DNA from: Vicugna vicugna
Taxonomy: Eukaryota
Length of the DNA: 64,000 nucleotides
Direction: 5' to 3'
Assembly: GCA_013265495.1 (NCBI GenBank)
Contig: MU061579.1
Coordinates: 6,012,963 to 6,076,962 of the forward strand
The notes beneath the pieces were generated by a model. That model saw only the letters and a list, made by a program, of their open reading frames with translations. It was not told the origin of the DNA and searched no databases. Of this stretch, positions 37,201-50,130 are shown piece after piece (the stretch's first letter is position 1; each line of letters starts with the position of its first letter). A program made the translations under genes and the position numbers.

Positions 37201-39750
37201 AGTGAGTTCCACCACCCTGTCCTTGAGTTCATTGATCTTTTCTCCTGGTTCATCTAGTCTGCTGTTAAACCCCTGTGCTCTATTTCTCAATTCAGTTACT
37301 GTGTTCTTCAGCTCTCTGACTTCTGTTTGGTGCTTTATTATTTTTTTCTCTTTGTTGAAGTTCTCAGTGTTTTCATACTTCTGAGTTCTGTGAACATCTT
37401 TCTAACCACTACTCTGAACTCTTTATCAGGTAAATTTCTTATCTCCATTTCATTACAGTTTTGTTCTGAGTTTTCATCTAGTTCTTTCATTTGGAACATA
37501 TTTCTCTGTTTCTTCATTTTGCTTGACTCTCTGTGTTGGTTTCTATGCATTAGATGAACAACTGCCTCCTTGTGTAGGAGATGAAACTTATCTTTCAGTC
37601 CTGCCCTAACTCTTGATTATCTCTCAACCTTTTTTGATTGTGCAAGCAGCCTGTTTTATTTTTAATGGCTCTCAGTGGATACGAGTGGGCCAAGACCTGT
37701 CAGTGTCCTAAAAGGGAGGCTCTCAGTCAGAGTCTAGATTCAGGCTGATTGGAAACCAGACCCTCAGGCAGGAACTTTTTAAGTATGCAAATATACAGCA
37801 TCCTGTGGGATTGCAAGGATAAGCTCTGCTGGCCACCAGAGCCAAGTGATCTGTAGGTGTCCCCTGGGTAGCAGTTGTAAAAATCAGGGCTCCAGCTAAG
37901 GGTATATGCTACTGTCTTGTGAGATACTGGTGAAGTACAACGAGGCAGAGGGAGAGCACAAAAAGTATGTCCCCCAACCTATGTACCCTAAGAGGACCTC
38001 CGCAGGCCTTGAGTTGTGTGCCAAACCAGAAGCTTGCCCCTCAAGCCAAAGCACCAGGACAAGCAACTGGCCTCTTTCACAGAAAGACTGGAGATGCTTT
38101 CCAGTCTGCTGTCTGTACCATGCCCTGAGGGCGGTAACCTGACAATGACTATCTCTGCAATTGCTGTAATCCCATGGGGTCCAAGAACACAAGCCCCTCT
38201 CGTCTCCAGAGTCAGGCAATCAAGGGGTCCCCTGGGCAACAACCACAAAGACCAAGGCACAAGGCATAAAAACTGTAGCTCTAGATGCATGTGAAAGGTC
38301 CCCCCTCCAGGAGATACTAGCGCTCTGGAGGGAAAAGCCGGGGGAAAGCACTGAGATAGTGTCCACCCTCCTTTTTCTCTTACAAGGATTAGGGTCAGCC
38401 CTTAGATGTGTGTTTAATTAGGAGCCTGCCCCTCAGACCGCAGCTATGACAGTCAGCTAACCGACCACTTTCACAGAAAGACACCTCCTGACTCTGTCAT
38501 CTCCTGCTGTGCTGGGGCGTGAGGCTGGTTGGGAGGGGGATGGTTAACTCTTTGTTGGCTACAGTCCCATGGGACTCAAGAGCATAGGTCCCACTGGCCA
38601 CCAGAGTTAGGTGGTGGTAGGTTTTTGCAGCTTCAGAAGTCAGAGTGACAGACAAGAGTTCAAGTTCCTTTCTGAGAGATAATGGTGAACTGCAGAGAGG
38701 CAGAGGGAGCGGGCAAAGACTGCATTCACCAGGCTCCGTGCCCTGGGAGCACTTCCAGAGGTCCCTAGCTGTGTGCCAGACTGGAAGCCTGTCCCTCAGA
38801 CTGAAGCTCCGGGACAAGCAAGTAGGCTTCTTTCACAGAAGGACTGACTGTGTTTCACTCTGCTGTCTGTGCAGTGCCGTGGAGGTGGTCGTCTGCCAGG
38901 AAGCGTCCCTCTGACTGTTAGAGCCTCACAGGACTCAGGATTATAAGCCCTCTTTGCCTCCGCAGCCAGGTAGTTAGAGGGCATCCCACGGACAGCCTCA
39001 AAAACTGGGCACCAGACCATGTCAGAGCCCCCCCGCCCCCCGGAGACCCTGGTGCGCTGGAGCTCAGCAAAGGGAGGTCAGGATGATAGTGCACACGGCA
39101 GTGGGAGCACATATAGATGGTGCCTACTGGAGAAAAGGTAAAAGACGGCACCTGCAAGAAAAAAAATTGGCACCCATTGGCTATCGTGAGGCAGGTGAGA
39201 GTGTGAAGATGGTGCCTGCCCCTCAGATCGACACTGTCAGATGAGCAAATGAGCGTCATTCACGTATAGTCCGGGTACCTCTTGGTCAGCTCCTTCGGCA
39301 CCGGGCCCTGGGGCAAGCGAGTCCGAGGAGCACAAGATCCCTTTAAGGACTGTTTCTCAGATTGCCATAACGTGAGTGTCTTGTGGACTGGAGTCTTAAT
39401 GGTTTTCAAAGCTAGATGTTTTGGTGGCTCATCTCCCAAGTGCAGGTCTTAAAAGTTGGGGTGCCTGATATGGCGTTCAAACCCTTGCTCTTTGGAGAGA
39501 AGATCTGGGTTTTGAGTTCCCTCCCAATTGTGAGTTGCCACACTGGGGGTGCAGTTTATTGGTGAGGTTGGGTCCCAACCTCTCCTATCCACTTTGATGT
39601 GGGCCCTCTCTCATTCACCAGGCACGTAGGAATTGCTCGGTTTTTAGGCGTTTTTTTAGAGGAAGTTGTGCCATATGTAGTTGCAGATTTAGTGTGTCCA
39701 TGGGAGGAGGGGAGCCCAGAATCTTCCTATATCACCATAACCCTCTCCCC
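34225..39750 (-). mobile_element. L1 with both ends retained (3' UTR to 5' UTR) and an internal ORF2 deletion; inactive
   Basis: Minus-strand remnants in order: ORF2 C-terminus MKRCSTSLII (34917-35174), endonuclease ISDKIDFKTK...IMIKGSI and ITLNVNGLNAPIKRHRVAEWIKK...CCLQETH (35702-36218), ORF1 N-terminus MKKQRNMFQMKE (37338-37550), then a GC-rich 5' UTR at about 37600-39750. Confidence 0.95.
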
Positions 39751-41475
39751 ATACTCTTAACCTTGATTCATGTCCATGTCATGTGATGACCTTTTGTCTC
39801 CCTTCCCTTAAAACAAGTTCCTTTTATAACAGGAGTCCTGTGCCTGAGGCCTATGGAATGAAATTATTCTGAGTCTTCCCAAATAATTCTTGACTCAGCG
39901 AGTCACTGTGCTAAAGAGAATCAGCAGGCATTGAGAGAAGTGCCTGAAAGAGGGCACGGATGCCAGGTAGCAGATAAGGATGGAGCAGCTCTAATGACAA
40001 ACTTAAAACCCTAAAACATATTAATTCAGGAGAAGTTTGTGTAGGGGACAAACTAGGCTACCAAGAGATGAGCAACAAGGAAGAAAAACAGTGAGTTATG
40101 AAGGAGATAATAGACTCTCCATTTAGGAAAACTTGTTTAAGAAGATGGCTATTTTAGCAGAAGTTGTAGACTCATAGCTAGAAAGATATGTTATGAGAAA
40201 GCAGATGAGGCAAAATGTACAAAGGTACTCCTGTGATTACGCTTGAATCAAAAAAAAAGAATTTCATTTAGTTGAAATCAGTGAGTAATTTGAGCATCTG
40301 CGAGTTGAATCCTATCATCCTCTTAAAATAAACTTTCATTCTGTTTTTTCACTTTTTCTTCTCTCCAGTGACAGCCAAAGAGGTGACCAAGAGAGTGGAG
40401 GTGGGGGAAGATTAGAGGGTAAGCAGAAGAAAATAGTTGTGTTGTACAAATTTGTCCACGTAGACACAAAACACATATACTGCTCATATTTCTGCAAAAT
40501 ACAGACCAAGATCTTGGGAGATTCCAAAGAAAGGATCTAGCAGTAGATTGCTTATATTTTTCCAACATGTGGCGTATGAAAATAAAACATTTATGAGGCT
40601 TTATTACATGCACATTAATTATCTAAAATTAGAGGCACTAAGAGTGAGCCATTAAGTGCTGATTAGACAATGATACGAGTTCTGGCAGCATCAGTAATAG
40701 GGAACTAAGTTTACTTCCAAAGGGAGGAGAGATCATTAAATTTTTAATTTGTTTCTCAACTGTTCAATTACAGCATGCCTAATGTGCTGGACATGAACCT
40801 TAAGGGACTTAACACAATTACGGGACTTTTTCAGTGTACCTTGCTCTTTTGCATTTATTTTCTCAAAAGATTAGGTATTTGTAACTCTTTTAGATCATTC
40901 GTTGCCCTCAAATACTTCATAATGTCTCTCTTCCACTTCATATATGTTTTCTATTCCTTAGATGCTTGGCAAGATTATATCAAATGTGATGAGAACTATT
41001 TATTTTGCTGGGAAAAAGACAACCCTTCAAATATGCCTTTTAAATATGGTTCAGTAGGTGCCTATTCAAAGTCTCCTTTGAGGATTTCTTGCTAATGGCC
41101 TCCTCTAGTCAAGAGTTTATTGGCCACTTACTTAATCAATAAATGCATGGTCCTCAGTTCATCCTTCTCTCTTAAACGTTTTTATGGACTGCCATGTGCT
41201 CACACCTTCCCTCCATGATTTTGCAGTCAGGTCACACTCATGATTAAGTAGCCTCATGATGCTGAAAAAGATCCCCTGAGACTTCTTCAAGGTTTGGGTG
41301 TCTGTAATCAATAAAATAATCTGTAATTTTATCAACTAATCCTTGGTAATACTGAGAAAAAACTTAAGGAAACCTTGGAAAATTACATTTTTCTCTCCAC
41401 ATTTCACTTATATTCTTTAATTAGACATTTCAGTATTCAGCTAAAGAAAAGTTTTTGCAGGCTTTTATGTTAAGA

Positions 41476-42650
41476 CTTGTTGAGAGACCTGAGTGAGGGC
41501 TTCTATGTGGGCTATAATGTCCTTAAAGCCAGTGGAGGAAACAAAAATGGCATCCAAATGACCATACCAATCAGAACATCATACCAGTCAGACCATGCCA
41601 AACCAGCACGAGCCCACCTGGCCTTTAGGAGAGGGAGGTTAGCAGCTTTAGGAACTTGACCTCGCTGTGTATACCATACATGTCCGCTATGGGAGGCAGC
41701 ACTGTCAGGGGTGAAGAGATGGACTCGGGGTGGGATCTGCCAGACCAGGATCCCCACCTCTTCCCTCTTTCAGTGGTGTGTGTTCCATTTCAGGTATAGT
41801 GTGTTTCAACAGGTCCGCTTGCAGCAGGACAATGGGATCTAGTGGAGACTGGGGTAGTTCCTCCTTATCCAGGGGTGTGAAATAGTTCACCTATCCTGGA
41901 GGACGTTCCATTGTAAATTTCACTAGCTAACACCCTTCCCAGGCACGATGAGGCTTGATGTTCTCAGCAGCATAGCAGTAGTGGCCACCTGGTTTGCACA
42001 CAGACAGGGTGTAGCTTGGGTTAGGCCAGACACAGACAGTGTCCACACACACCAAGGCATATTCAGGGTCCTCACTTGGAAGGGGTTGATAAAATAGGCT
42101 TGTCAATTCCACACCAACTGGGAACTCTAGTGAATGGCCCCAGACTCCTTTGGTAGTTACTCTGGGCATTGTTTAGAGCATGCAGGACATTTTGTACTGC
42201 ATTGGCCAAGTCACTGTATTTCAAGGGCAATCTGGCATTCTTAGCAATACCCCATCCCACCTGGGAAATACGGTAGCTGCTCTTCTATGCGCCCAGTCTG
42301 CTGTATTTGCGGAAGGGCTGGCTGCTAGGGCTCATTGCTGGGCTAAGGCACGGGCCTCCCGATTACCAAGGGGTGTCAGTGCCATATGAGCCAGGATGTG
42401 AGAGACAGAGCTGCCTCAGTTTCTGGCGGGTGAACCCAAATGTCTTTCCACATGTCCTGAACTCATAAGGGCTTATTCATAATCATCCACCCTTCTGCTA
42501 CACATTGTTCAAACCACGGCATCAACCTCATTAGAAAAGCCCACATGGCAGTGCAAAGGGTTAATGGCCAGGGCTCATGAGTGATCAATCATTACCCAAA
42601 CCACACTGAGTTCAGCCAGCTAACTGCTGTGGTTCCTTCCTGTTACAAGG
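41476..42650 (-). mobile_element. Class III (ERVL-type) endogenous retrovirus pol remnant: RNase H plus integrase
   Basis: Minus-strand translation across frameshifts gives RNase H-like LAELSVVW...HEPWPLTLCTAMWAFL...GWMIMNKPL*VQDMWKDIW, an integrase zinc-finger CPAC at 42178-42189, and the core start PLPSEDPEYALVCVDT. It carries stops and frameshifts. Confidence 0.8.
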
Positions 42651-42724
42651 AGAACAGTTTTTATGTGTGTGGGGTTTTTTTTGTTGTTGTTTGTTTTTAC
42701 TGAACATATAAAATAATTATGAGG

Positions 42725-44319
42725 CATGTACATGACTTCTTCTTAATCCAATCATCTGTTGATGGGCACTTGGATTGCTTCCATGTCTTGGCTATTGTAA
42801 ATAATGCTGCTGTGAACATTGGGGTGCATATATCTTTTTGAATTAGTGTTTTTGTTTTTTCTGGATATGTATGCAGGAGTGAAATTGCTGGATTACATGG
42901 CAGTTCTATTTTTATTTTTTAAGAAACTTCCATACAGTTTTTCATAGTGGTTGCACCAATTTACATTCCCATCAATAATGGTTCCCATTAATAAGGGTTT
43001 CCTTTTCTCTGCATCCTCTCCAGTATTTGTTATTTGTGTTCTTTTAAATGACAGCCATTCTGACAGGTATGAGGTGATATCTCATTGTGGTTTTGATTTG
43101 TGTTTATCTAATTATTAGAGATGTTGAGCAACTTTTCATGGGCCTGTGGCTATCAGTATATCTTTCTGTGGAAAAATGTCTAAGCAAGTCTTCTGCCCAT
43201 CTTCTGATTGGATTGCTTGGTTTTTTTTTTTTTTGATGTTGAGTTGTATGAGCTGTTTGTGTATTTTGGATATTAACCCCTTGTCTAATGCATCATTTGC
43301 AAATATTTTCTCCTATTCTGTAGGCTGCCTTTTTGTTTTATTGATGCTTTTAGGTTTAATTAGGTCTCATTTGTTTATTTTTGTTTTTATTTCTTTTGCT
43401 TTAGGAGACTGATCAATGAAAATATTGCTATGTTTTATGTCAAAATGTTTCACCTATGTTCTCTTCTAGGAATTTTATTGTTACAAGTATTACATTTAGA
43501 CCTTTAAACCACTGAGTTTATTTTTTGTATATAGCGTGAGGGGATGCTCTAATTTCATTGTCTTACATGCGCTATCCAGTTTTCTCAGCAATACCTGTTG
43601 AAGAGATTGTCTTTTCTCCATCGTATATCCTTGCCTCCTTTACCATAGATTAATTGGCCATAGGTGTGTGGGTTTATTTTTGGGCTCTGTATTCCATTCC
43701 ATTGATCTATGTGTCTGTTTTGTGCCAATGCCATGCTGTTTTGATTATTGTAGATTTGTAGCATAGTCTGAAGCCTGGGAGGGTTATACCTCTAGCTTTG
43801 TTCTTATTTCTCAGGATTGCTTTGGCAATTGGAGGTCTTTTGTGATTGCATATCAATTTTAGGCTTAGCCTAGTTCTATGAAAAGTATCATGGGTATTTT
43901 GATGGATATTGTATTAAATCTGTAGATTTCTTTAGATAGTATGACCATTTTAATGATATCAGTTCTTCTAATCCAAGAGCATGGGATATCTTTCCATTTC
44001 TTTGAATCATCTTCAATTTTGTTCATTAGTATTTTATAGTTTTCACAGTATAGGTCTCTTACCTCCTTGGTTAAGTTTATTCCTGCGTATACTTTTTATG
44101 TGATTCTGAAAGTTTTTTTTTTACCTTTATATTTCTGATATTTCATTATTAGTGTATAGATATGCAACAGATTTATGTATATTAATATTGTATACTGCAA
44201 ACTTGCTGAATTAATTTTTGAAAGTTCTAACTATTTTTGGGTAGAGATTTTAGGATGTCATCTGCAAATAGTGACAGTTTTACCTCTTCCTAATAATTTG
44301 GATAGCTTTTTATTTCTTT

Positions 44320-44358
<39 letters not shown>

Positions 44359-47300
44359 TCTGATTGCTATGTCTAAAGCTTCCAATTCTATGTTAAATAC
44401 AAGCAGTGAGAGTTGGCATTCTTGTCTTTTTCTTGAATTTAGTGGAAAGGTTTCAGCTTTTCACCGTTGAGTATTATGATGGTTGTGGGCTTGTGGCCTT
44501 TATTATGTTAATATGTTTCCTCTATATCCACTCTGATAAGAGTTTTTAACATGAATGAATGTTGAATTTTGTCAAATGTTTTTCTGTGTCTATTGAGGTG
44601 ATCATGTGGTTTTTGTCTTTCCTTGTTAATGTGGTGTAACATATTGATTGACTTTGCATATGTTGAACCATTCTGTGAATCTGGAACAAATCCAACTTGA
44701 TCATGCTGTATGATCCTTTATGCATTGTAGGATTCAGTTTGCTAATATATAGTTAAGGATTTTTGCATCTACATTCATTGAAAATATTAGCTTGTAATTT
44801 TCCTTTTTTGAAGTGTCTTTCTTTGGTTTTGGTATCAGGGTTATGATGGCCTCATAGAAAGAATTTGGGAGTATTCCCTTCTCTACAGCTTTTTTGGGGA
44901 ACAATTTGTGAGAGTAATTTGGAATAATTTTGGAATAATTTGAGAAGCATAAGTATTAGTTTGGTGGAATTCCTCTGTGAAGCTGTCCAGTCTTGGACTA
45001 CTGTTTGCTGAAAGTTTGTTTTTTTGTTTTAATTCCAGATACAGTTTCACTTGTAGTGTTCAGTCTGTTCAAACTGTCTGTTTCTTCTTGACTCATCTTG
45101 GAAGCTATATGTTTCTAAAAATTTGTTTCTTCTAAGTTGTCCAACTTTTTGGCATATAACTGTTCATGTTTTCTTAAATTTTTTTTTGTATTTCTGTGGT
45201 ATTGTTTGCTGTTTCTTCTCATTCATTTCTTTTTCTTTTTCTTTTCTTTCTTTTTGTTTGTTTATTTGTTTGTTTGTTTATATGGGCCCGCTCTCTTTTT
45301 TTCTTGCTAACCCTGGCTAAAGGTTTATCAACTTTGTACTTGTTTGAGAAGTTCTTTATTTCTCCTTCTATTCTAGGTAATAATCTTGCTGGCTAGAGTA
45401 TCCTATGTTGCAGAAGTTTGAATGTATCATGCAACTTCTTTCTGGCTGGCAAAGTTTCTGTAGAGACATTAGCTAATAGCCTTATTGGGATTCTGTTGTA
45501 TATGACTATTTTTCTCTTGCTGCCTTTAGAATTCTCTCTTTAAGTTTATATTTGCCATTTTAATTATGACATATCTTGGTGTAGGTCTGTTTGGGTTCAT
45601 CTTGTTTGAGACCTACCATGTTTCCTGTACCTGGGTATCTGTTTTCTTCTTTAGGTTTAGGAAGTTTGGGCAATAATTTCTTCAAATACTTTTCCAATAC
45701 CCTTCTCTCTCTCTTCTCCTTCTGGAATCCCTATAATGTGAATGTTGGCACATTTTGTTTTCCCATAGATCTTGTATGTTGCTGTTATATATTTTTTCAA
45801 TTGTCTTTCTATCTGCTGTTGTGACTGGGTGGTTTCTAGTATTCTATCTTCCAAGCCACTTATGTGTTATTCTGTGCCATTTAGTCAGCTATTCATTGCT
45901 TCTAGTGTGCTTTTTATCTCAGAAATTGAAGAATCTGTTTTTGATTGGGTCTTCTTTATAGTTTCTAAAGTTCCTTTTTAAAATGATCTGTGCTTAGATC
46001 AATTCTCTTTTCTAATTCAGTTCATTGTCTGGTAGACCAATTGTCTCTGTTACATTATTTACTTTTTCAAGGATTTTTTTCTCTTGCTCTTTCAATTGAG
46101 AGTAGTTCCTCTGCTTTTTCATTTTACATAACTTTCTCTGGCTCTATGAATTTAGGTGAAACAGTTATCTTTTGTGGTCTTAAAGGGGTGTTTTTATATG
46201 GGAGCTTCTTTATGTAGACTGCATGTACCCAATATCTTTGGTGTGAGGGCTGGATTTGGTATGGACACTAATCACGTCTTTCCTCATGGTGTGCTAGCCA
46301 CTTTCACTCTGGTAAGTGGTGTGGCTGATGCTGGAGTAGCAAGAGTCTCTGCATGATGTGAGATGGGACTTCCTTTCTGCTCAATGGCATGTACCTACCT
46401 GTCAGGGACAGATCTACAGATCTACTCCTATGTTGCTGGAGCCAAAACCCTGAGAGTCGGGCTCAAGCTGGCACTGTTTCCATTAAGTATGTGTTTTTCC
46501 TTCTCCCCACACTGGGGCCTTTGCCCCCAAACAGTGGAGTACTGAACTCAGTGGGGCTCATGTGCTTACAGCGGTCCAGCTCACTGTCTATGTAGGTATC
46601 TTCAGATGCAGCCCAAGATTGTGTCTTTTCCCCTGTGTGCTCATCCAGACCTAGTGCCGTATTGTCACGTGGTGTGAGCAGACCCAGAGCATTCACTCAA
46701 TTGGGAGTGGAGATCACAGTGTGGTGGTTGCTGGAACTGAAGCAGCTGAGCTGCCATCAGAAGTCTAGGCTGCTTCTGGGGAGCTGTTTGAGTAAGTGCC
46801 AGCAATGGCTGCCACTGCCCCACCCGGCCCACTCCTCAGACCCCGGGTTTCCTTCACATCCCTAAATCATGTATTTTCCTGAGTTCTGGCTGACTTAGAT
46901 CCAGTGCCACAGTGTGGTGTGGAGTGAGCGTGGCTGGGGTGTTTTCTTAGCTCAGCTGGGGGGCACAGTGCTGCAGCAGCTGCTAGGGGAGACCTCTTTT
47001 GGTCCAGACTGGTAGTTCATCAGCACTCGTGCACTCCTCACCAGTGGAGTCTAGGTTACTCCAGCCTTTCTGTCTGTCCTGTTGGTTCTCTGAGCAGCCA
47101 AGGGGACTTGTCTCCTCTGTGTAGGTCCCTAGGAGTGGGACACCCAGTCTGTGGCTCAACCTGCTCACTCTCCAGGGTGTGTGCCCACCAGTGCAATATC
47201 CTTTTTCCTCTTAGTCTGTTCCCAGGGGCTCAGGTTCCGACCCAATGCTTTTCTTCCCATCTGGCTTGATTCATGGGCATCTGTTACAGCCTCAGTAGTA

Positions 47301-47423
47301 TAGTTCTTTTATCAGTTTCCAGTTAGTTTTCCATGAGAATTGTTTCACATTTAGATGTATTTTTATTGTATTTCTGACAGGAGGTGAGTTCCACATCCTC
47401 TTACTCTGCTATCTTTTCACCCT
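42725..47423 (-). mobile_element. L1 retaining its 5' end but lacking the endonuclease region and 3' UTR; inactive
   Basis: Antisense ORF2 (C-terminus through RT) at 42725-45340, ORF1 remnant NIHIIGIPEGEEREKGIGKVFEEII at 45657-45854, and a 5' UTR ending in GGAGGTGAGTTCCACATCCTCTTACTCTGCTATCTT (eroded YY1-type terminus). Confidence 0.95.
44322..44357. repeat. Poly-T (36 nt) inside L1 ORF2
   Basis: Uninterrupted T run. Confidence 0.9.
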
Positions 47424-48055
47424 AGTACAAGTACACTATTGATATTAAAGTTTATTTTTCCTTAAGCCAATTAAATAGAGCTCTTTTACAAATTAATTTT
47501 GAAAATACCATCTGAAAGTATACCAATGTCACATATATGTAACATTTATAGACACACACAAACACAGACACAGAGAACCTATAGATTTCATTTTAAAATT
47601 TTAGCCATGAATTGGGCACAGCAATATAAAACTAACTCGTTTATAAACAACAGTTGAATCCAGACTGTGTATGGCATATATAACAAGTTAAGGTTCCCTG
47701 CTCACATAGCTAAAGCTTTTTACTAATATCTGTGGAAAAGATTTTTAAGATTTGTATTTGCCTTTGATGTGTAATCTTATGGAAGCTGTGGATGATACTT
47801 TGGACAAGGAAACTTCTATAGCAGTTTATATTTTAGAAAGACTCTTCCTCTTTCACTCTCTTTTTTTTTATATATAGTCTCAAGCAAAGATAGGCAGTGT
47901 TTTAGATATCTCCTGGGGTATTTGTATTTCAAAGACATAGTAAGATTTATATCTTCAAGGGACAGAGAAAGAGTGTAAGTTTTTTCCTAGGAGTTTAGTG
48001 TATATTTGTTTATTATCAGAGGTGTAGGGTAATTACTATTTAAATTGTTCTTTTG
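47424..48055 (-). mobile_element. AT-rich ERV1 (MER4-group-like) internal fragment
   Basis: AAGTTTATTTTTCCTTAAGCCAATTAAATAGAGCTCTTTTACAAATT...TTTTAAAATTTTAGCCATGA...GCTAAAGCTTTTTACT resembles non-autonomous MER4-group internal sequence (from recall). Confidence 0.5.
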
Positions 48056-48059
48056 TATT

Positions 48060-48657
48060 AGTGATTAGACAGAATGGGGTACTTCACCTGTTTCACTGTC
48101 TGTCACTCCAACATCCTCCCCTTACTCTCCTCACTTTCCCAGGGAATTCATCTCTTAGTACGTCAATAAGTCTTTGTCAAAAGTGATTGGACCTTAAATT
48201 TGGCAGTTTGTGTCCTTCTGCATTTGCAAAGTGGCATGCCAGGATCTCCAACCTGTTATCCTACTCTCCTGCCTTGTCTGCCAGCCCCAAAGCTAGCAGA
48301 GTAGTGGACGCCTGCATATGCTTCTTTAATCTCAGCCCTTATTTCAACTTTCTAACTCAAGCTTCAGCCTCTAATTGGGCATCAGTGTCCAGCAGACCTG
48401 CCCACAGTAGAGACCCACCCACTGCACAGCCATTTGTCTCCTTTCTTTGCCACAGTGCACTCTGCACACTTTCTCAAGCAGTGCATCAGACCAGCCTGCA
48501 TTTGAGAGCATCCTCATACTCAGTGGTCCATAAGCATCTAACATATGCCTACCCCTCCCCACATAAAGGTCAATGGCCAGTTAGGATTTCCCAATGGATA
48601 CCTCTTTTCCAAGACCCTTTATTTTTTTTTTCTTTCTGCTGAATGGCTCACCAATTT
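48060..48657 (-). mobile_element. ERVL leader/gag-like remnant
   Basis: The minus strand reads PNWPLTFMWGG.../MLDAYGPL.../EAEARVRKLK*GLRLKKHMQASTTLLALGLADK. It lies directly 3' of the LTR below, after TGGTGAGCC at the PBS position. Confidence 0.55.
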
Positions 48658-49090
48658 CTGGTTCACAACCCCCATAGTTCCCTGGGTGAAATCTGAAAGT
48701 GCCCTGCCACCCCCACACACGGAAGGCAAGGAGAGACCAAAGAAAGAGGCAGGCCACTCCAGATTGGTAGTGGACAAGCTTAATAAGCTAGGAAACTTCC
48801 ATGCAAGGCTTATCTTGTGCCGCCAAAAGAAGGGTAGGTTACTGTACTCACCCACCAGGATCTTAGTTTATAGAGAAGCCTTAACTGTATTCAGTCATGT
48901 ATGCTGTGCAGATAGTCTCAACAACACATGCTCTCTCAAGTCAGCATCCTTGAACATGGTGCTCACAGTAGGAATGGTGGGCAGAACATATACTCCAAAG
49001 ATAGTGGAGGGGATGAGGAGCCTCTGATGGTCCGGGTCCAGCTTATGGGTCAACAGGCAGTCATTTCCTCTCGATGTCCTCCTCCAGTGT
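48658..49090 (-). mobile_element. ERVL 5' LTR (MER76-like)
   Basis: The reverse complement begins CTGGAGGAGGACATCGAGAGG...GTTGACCCATAAGCTGGACCCGGACCATCAGAGGCTCCTC, contains TATAAA and a variant poly-A signal (CTTATTAAGCTT), and ends just before AATTGGTGAGCC. Confidence 0.7.
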
Positions 49091-50130
49091 TATTGGGTGA
49101 CAATAATAATGCAGAGACAGTCTTCATCACCTGGCTTCCTGATCTAAGGTCCAGGCCACATTAAAAATGACTGCCACAGGTATCAAATAAGAGGCTGCCT
49201 TTACTTGTGATTAGGCCATTTTCTTGAAGAGTAGCTGATTGCTACAGAGTTCTTGCAATTGTTTTAAGTAAGTCTCCATTTCAGAATTCATGCATTCAGC
49301 TAATGCAAAATACATTGCTTGAAGATTAAATCTTAAAATTTCAAAGCTTTGTCTTTGCCTTATAGATTGTTATTCAGCTCTAAATAAAATGAGATAGAAT
49401 GTGTGAAACTATGTAATGCCTAACCTATTATACATTGGGAGCTCCAGAAATGTCCATTAATGAGAATTGAAAGGAAAAGGAAAGCTCTTTTCAATGTTAA
49501 AAAAAAAAAGCTACAAGAGTCAATGAACATGACATATAATGCTTGATATTTCATTTGAGTGCAGACAGATATCTGAATAAAATATCTTGCCTGATTATAG
49601 AGTTTATCTTAGAAACTTTTTCATAGTAACATTGCTCTTCTTAGAATTAATTATGCACAATTAAAACAAAGTTAATGGAGAGGAGAATTTTTAGATTATA
49701 TTTGAAACTTTAAGTTAGTTAGTTATTCATTTATTTATTTAGCACAGACTAATTCAGTGTGTACTTTACGAAAGCTTTAGAGGAAATGACCTGAGACTTA
49801 TTGTCCATGCCTGGAAAGGAATCTCTTACACTCTGTTCTGTAGGTGGACAGAAGTGCTAGGTCTTAGATGTCTCTTTCCTGTAGCTTTTACTGCAGCAAT
49901 GTAATCATTCAATGGCTTTGTGTCATGAACACACATGACTGTATTCACACAGATTCTGACACAGAGTATCTGCCACCAGACTCCAGAGTTGTGCTCCAGT
50001 CAGAAAGACTCGGGTCTGCTAATCTCTGTCAGATGTTTTTACTTTTAGAGTTAGCCAATTAGTGTGAAATTTGTGTGAAGGTAACTTTGCGGTAGTTCTT
50101 TGGAATACCCTCACAAAACGAGAGCATTTC

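Noticed and set aside
39900..40200. Possible very old CR1/L3-like fragment
   Set aside because: The resemblance is too faint to call by eye.
48187..49027. Adjacent 151-aa and 160-aa + strand ORFs
   Set aside because: They are antisense to the ERV gag-like remnant and LTR, with non-coding composition.
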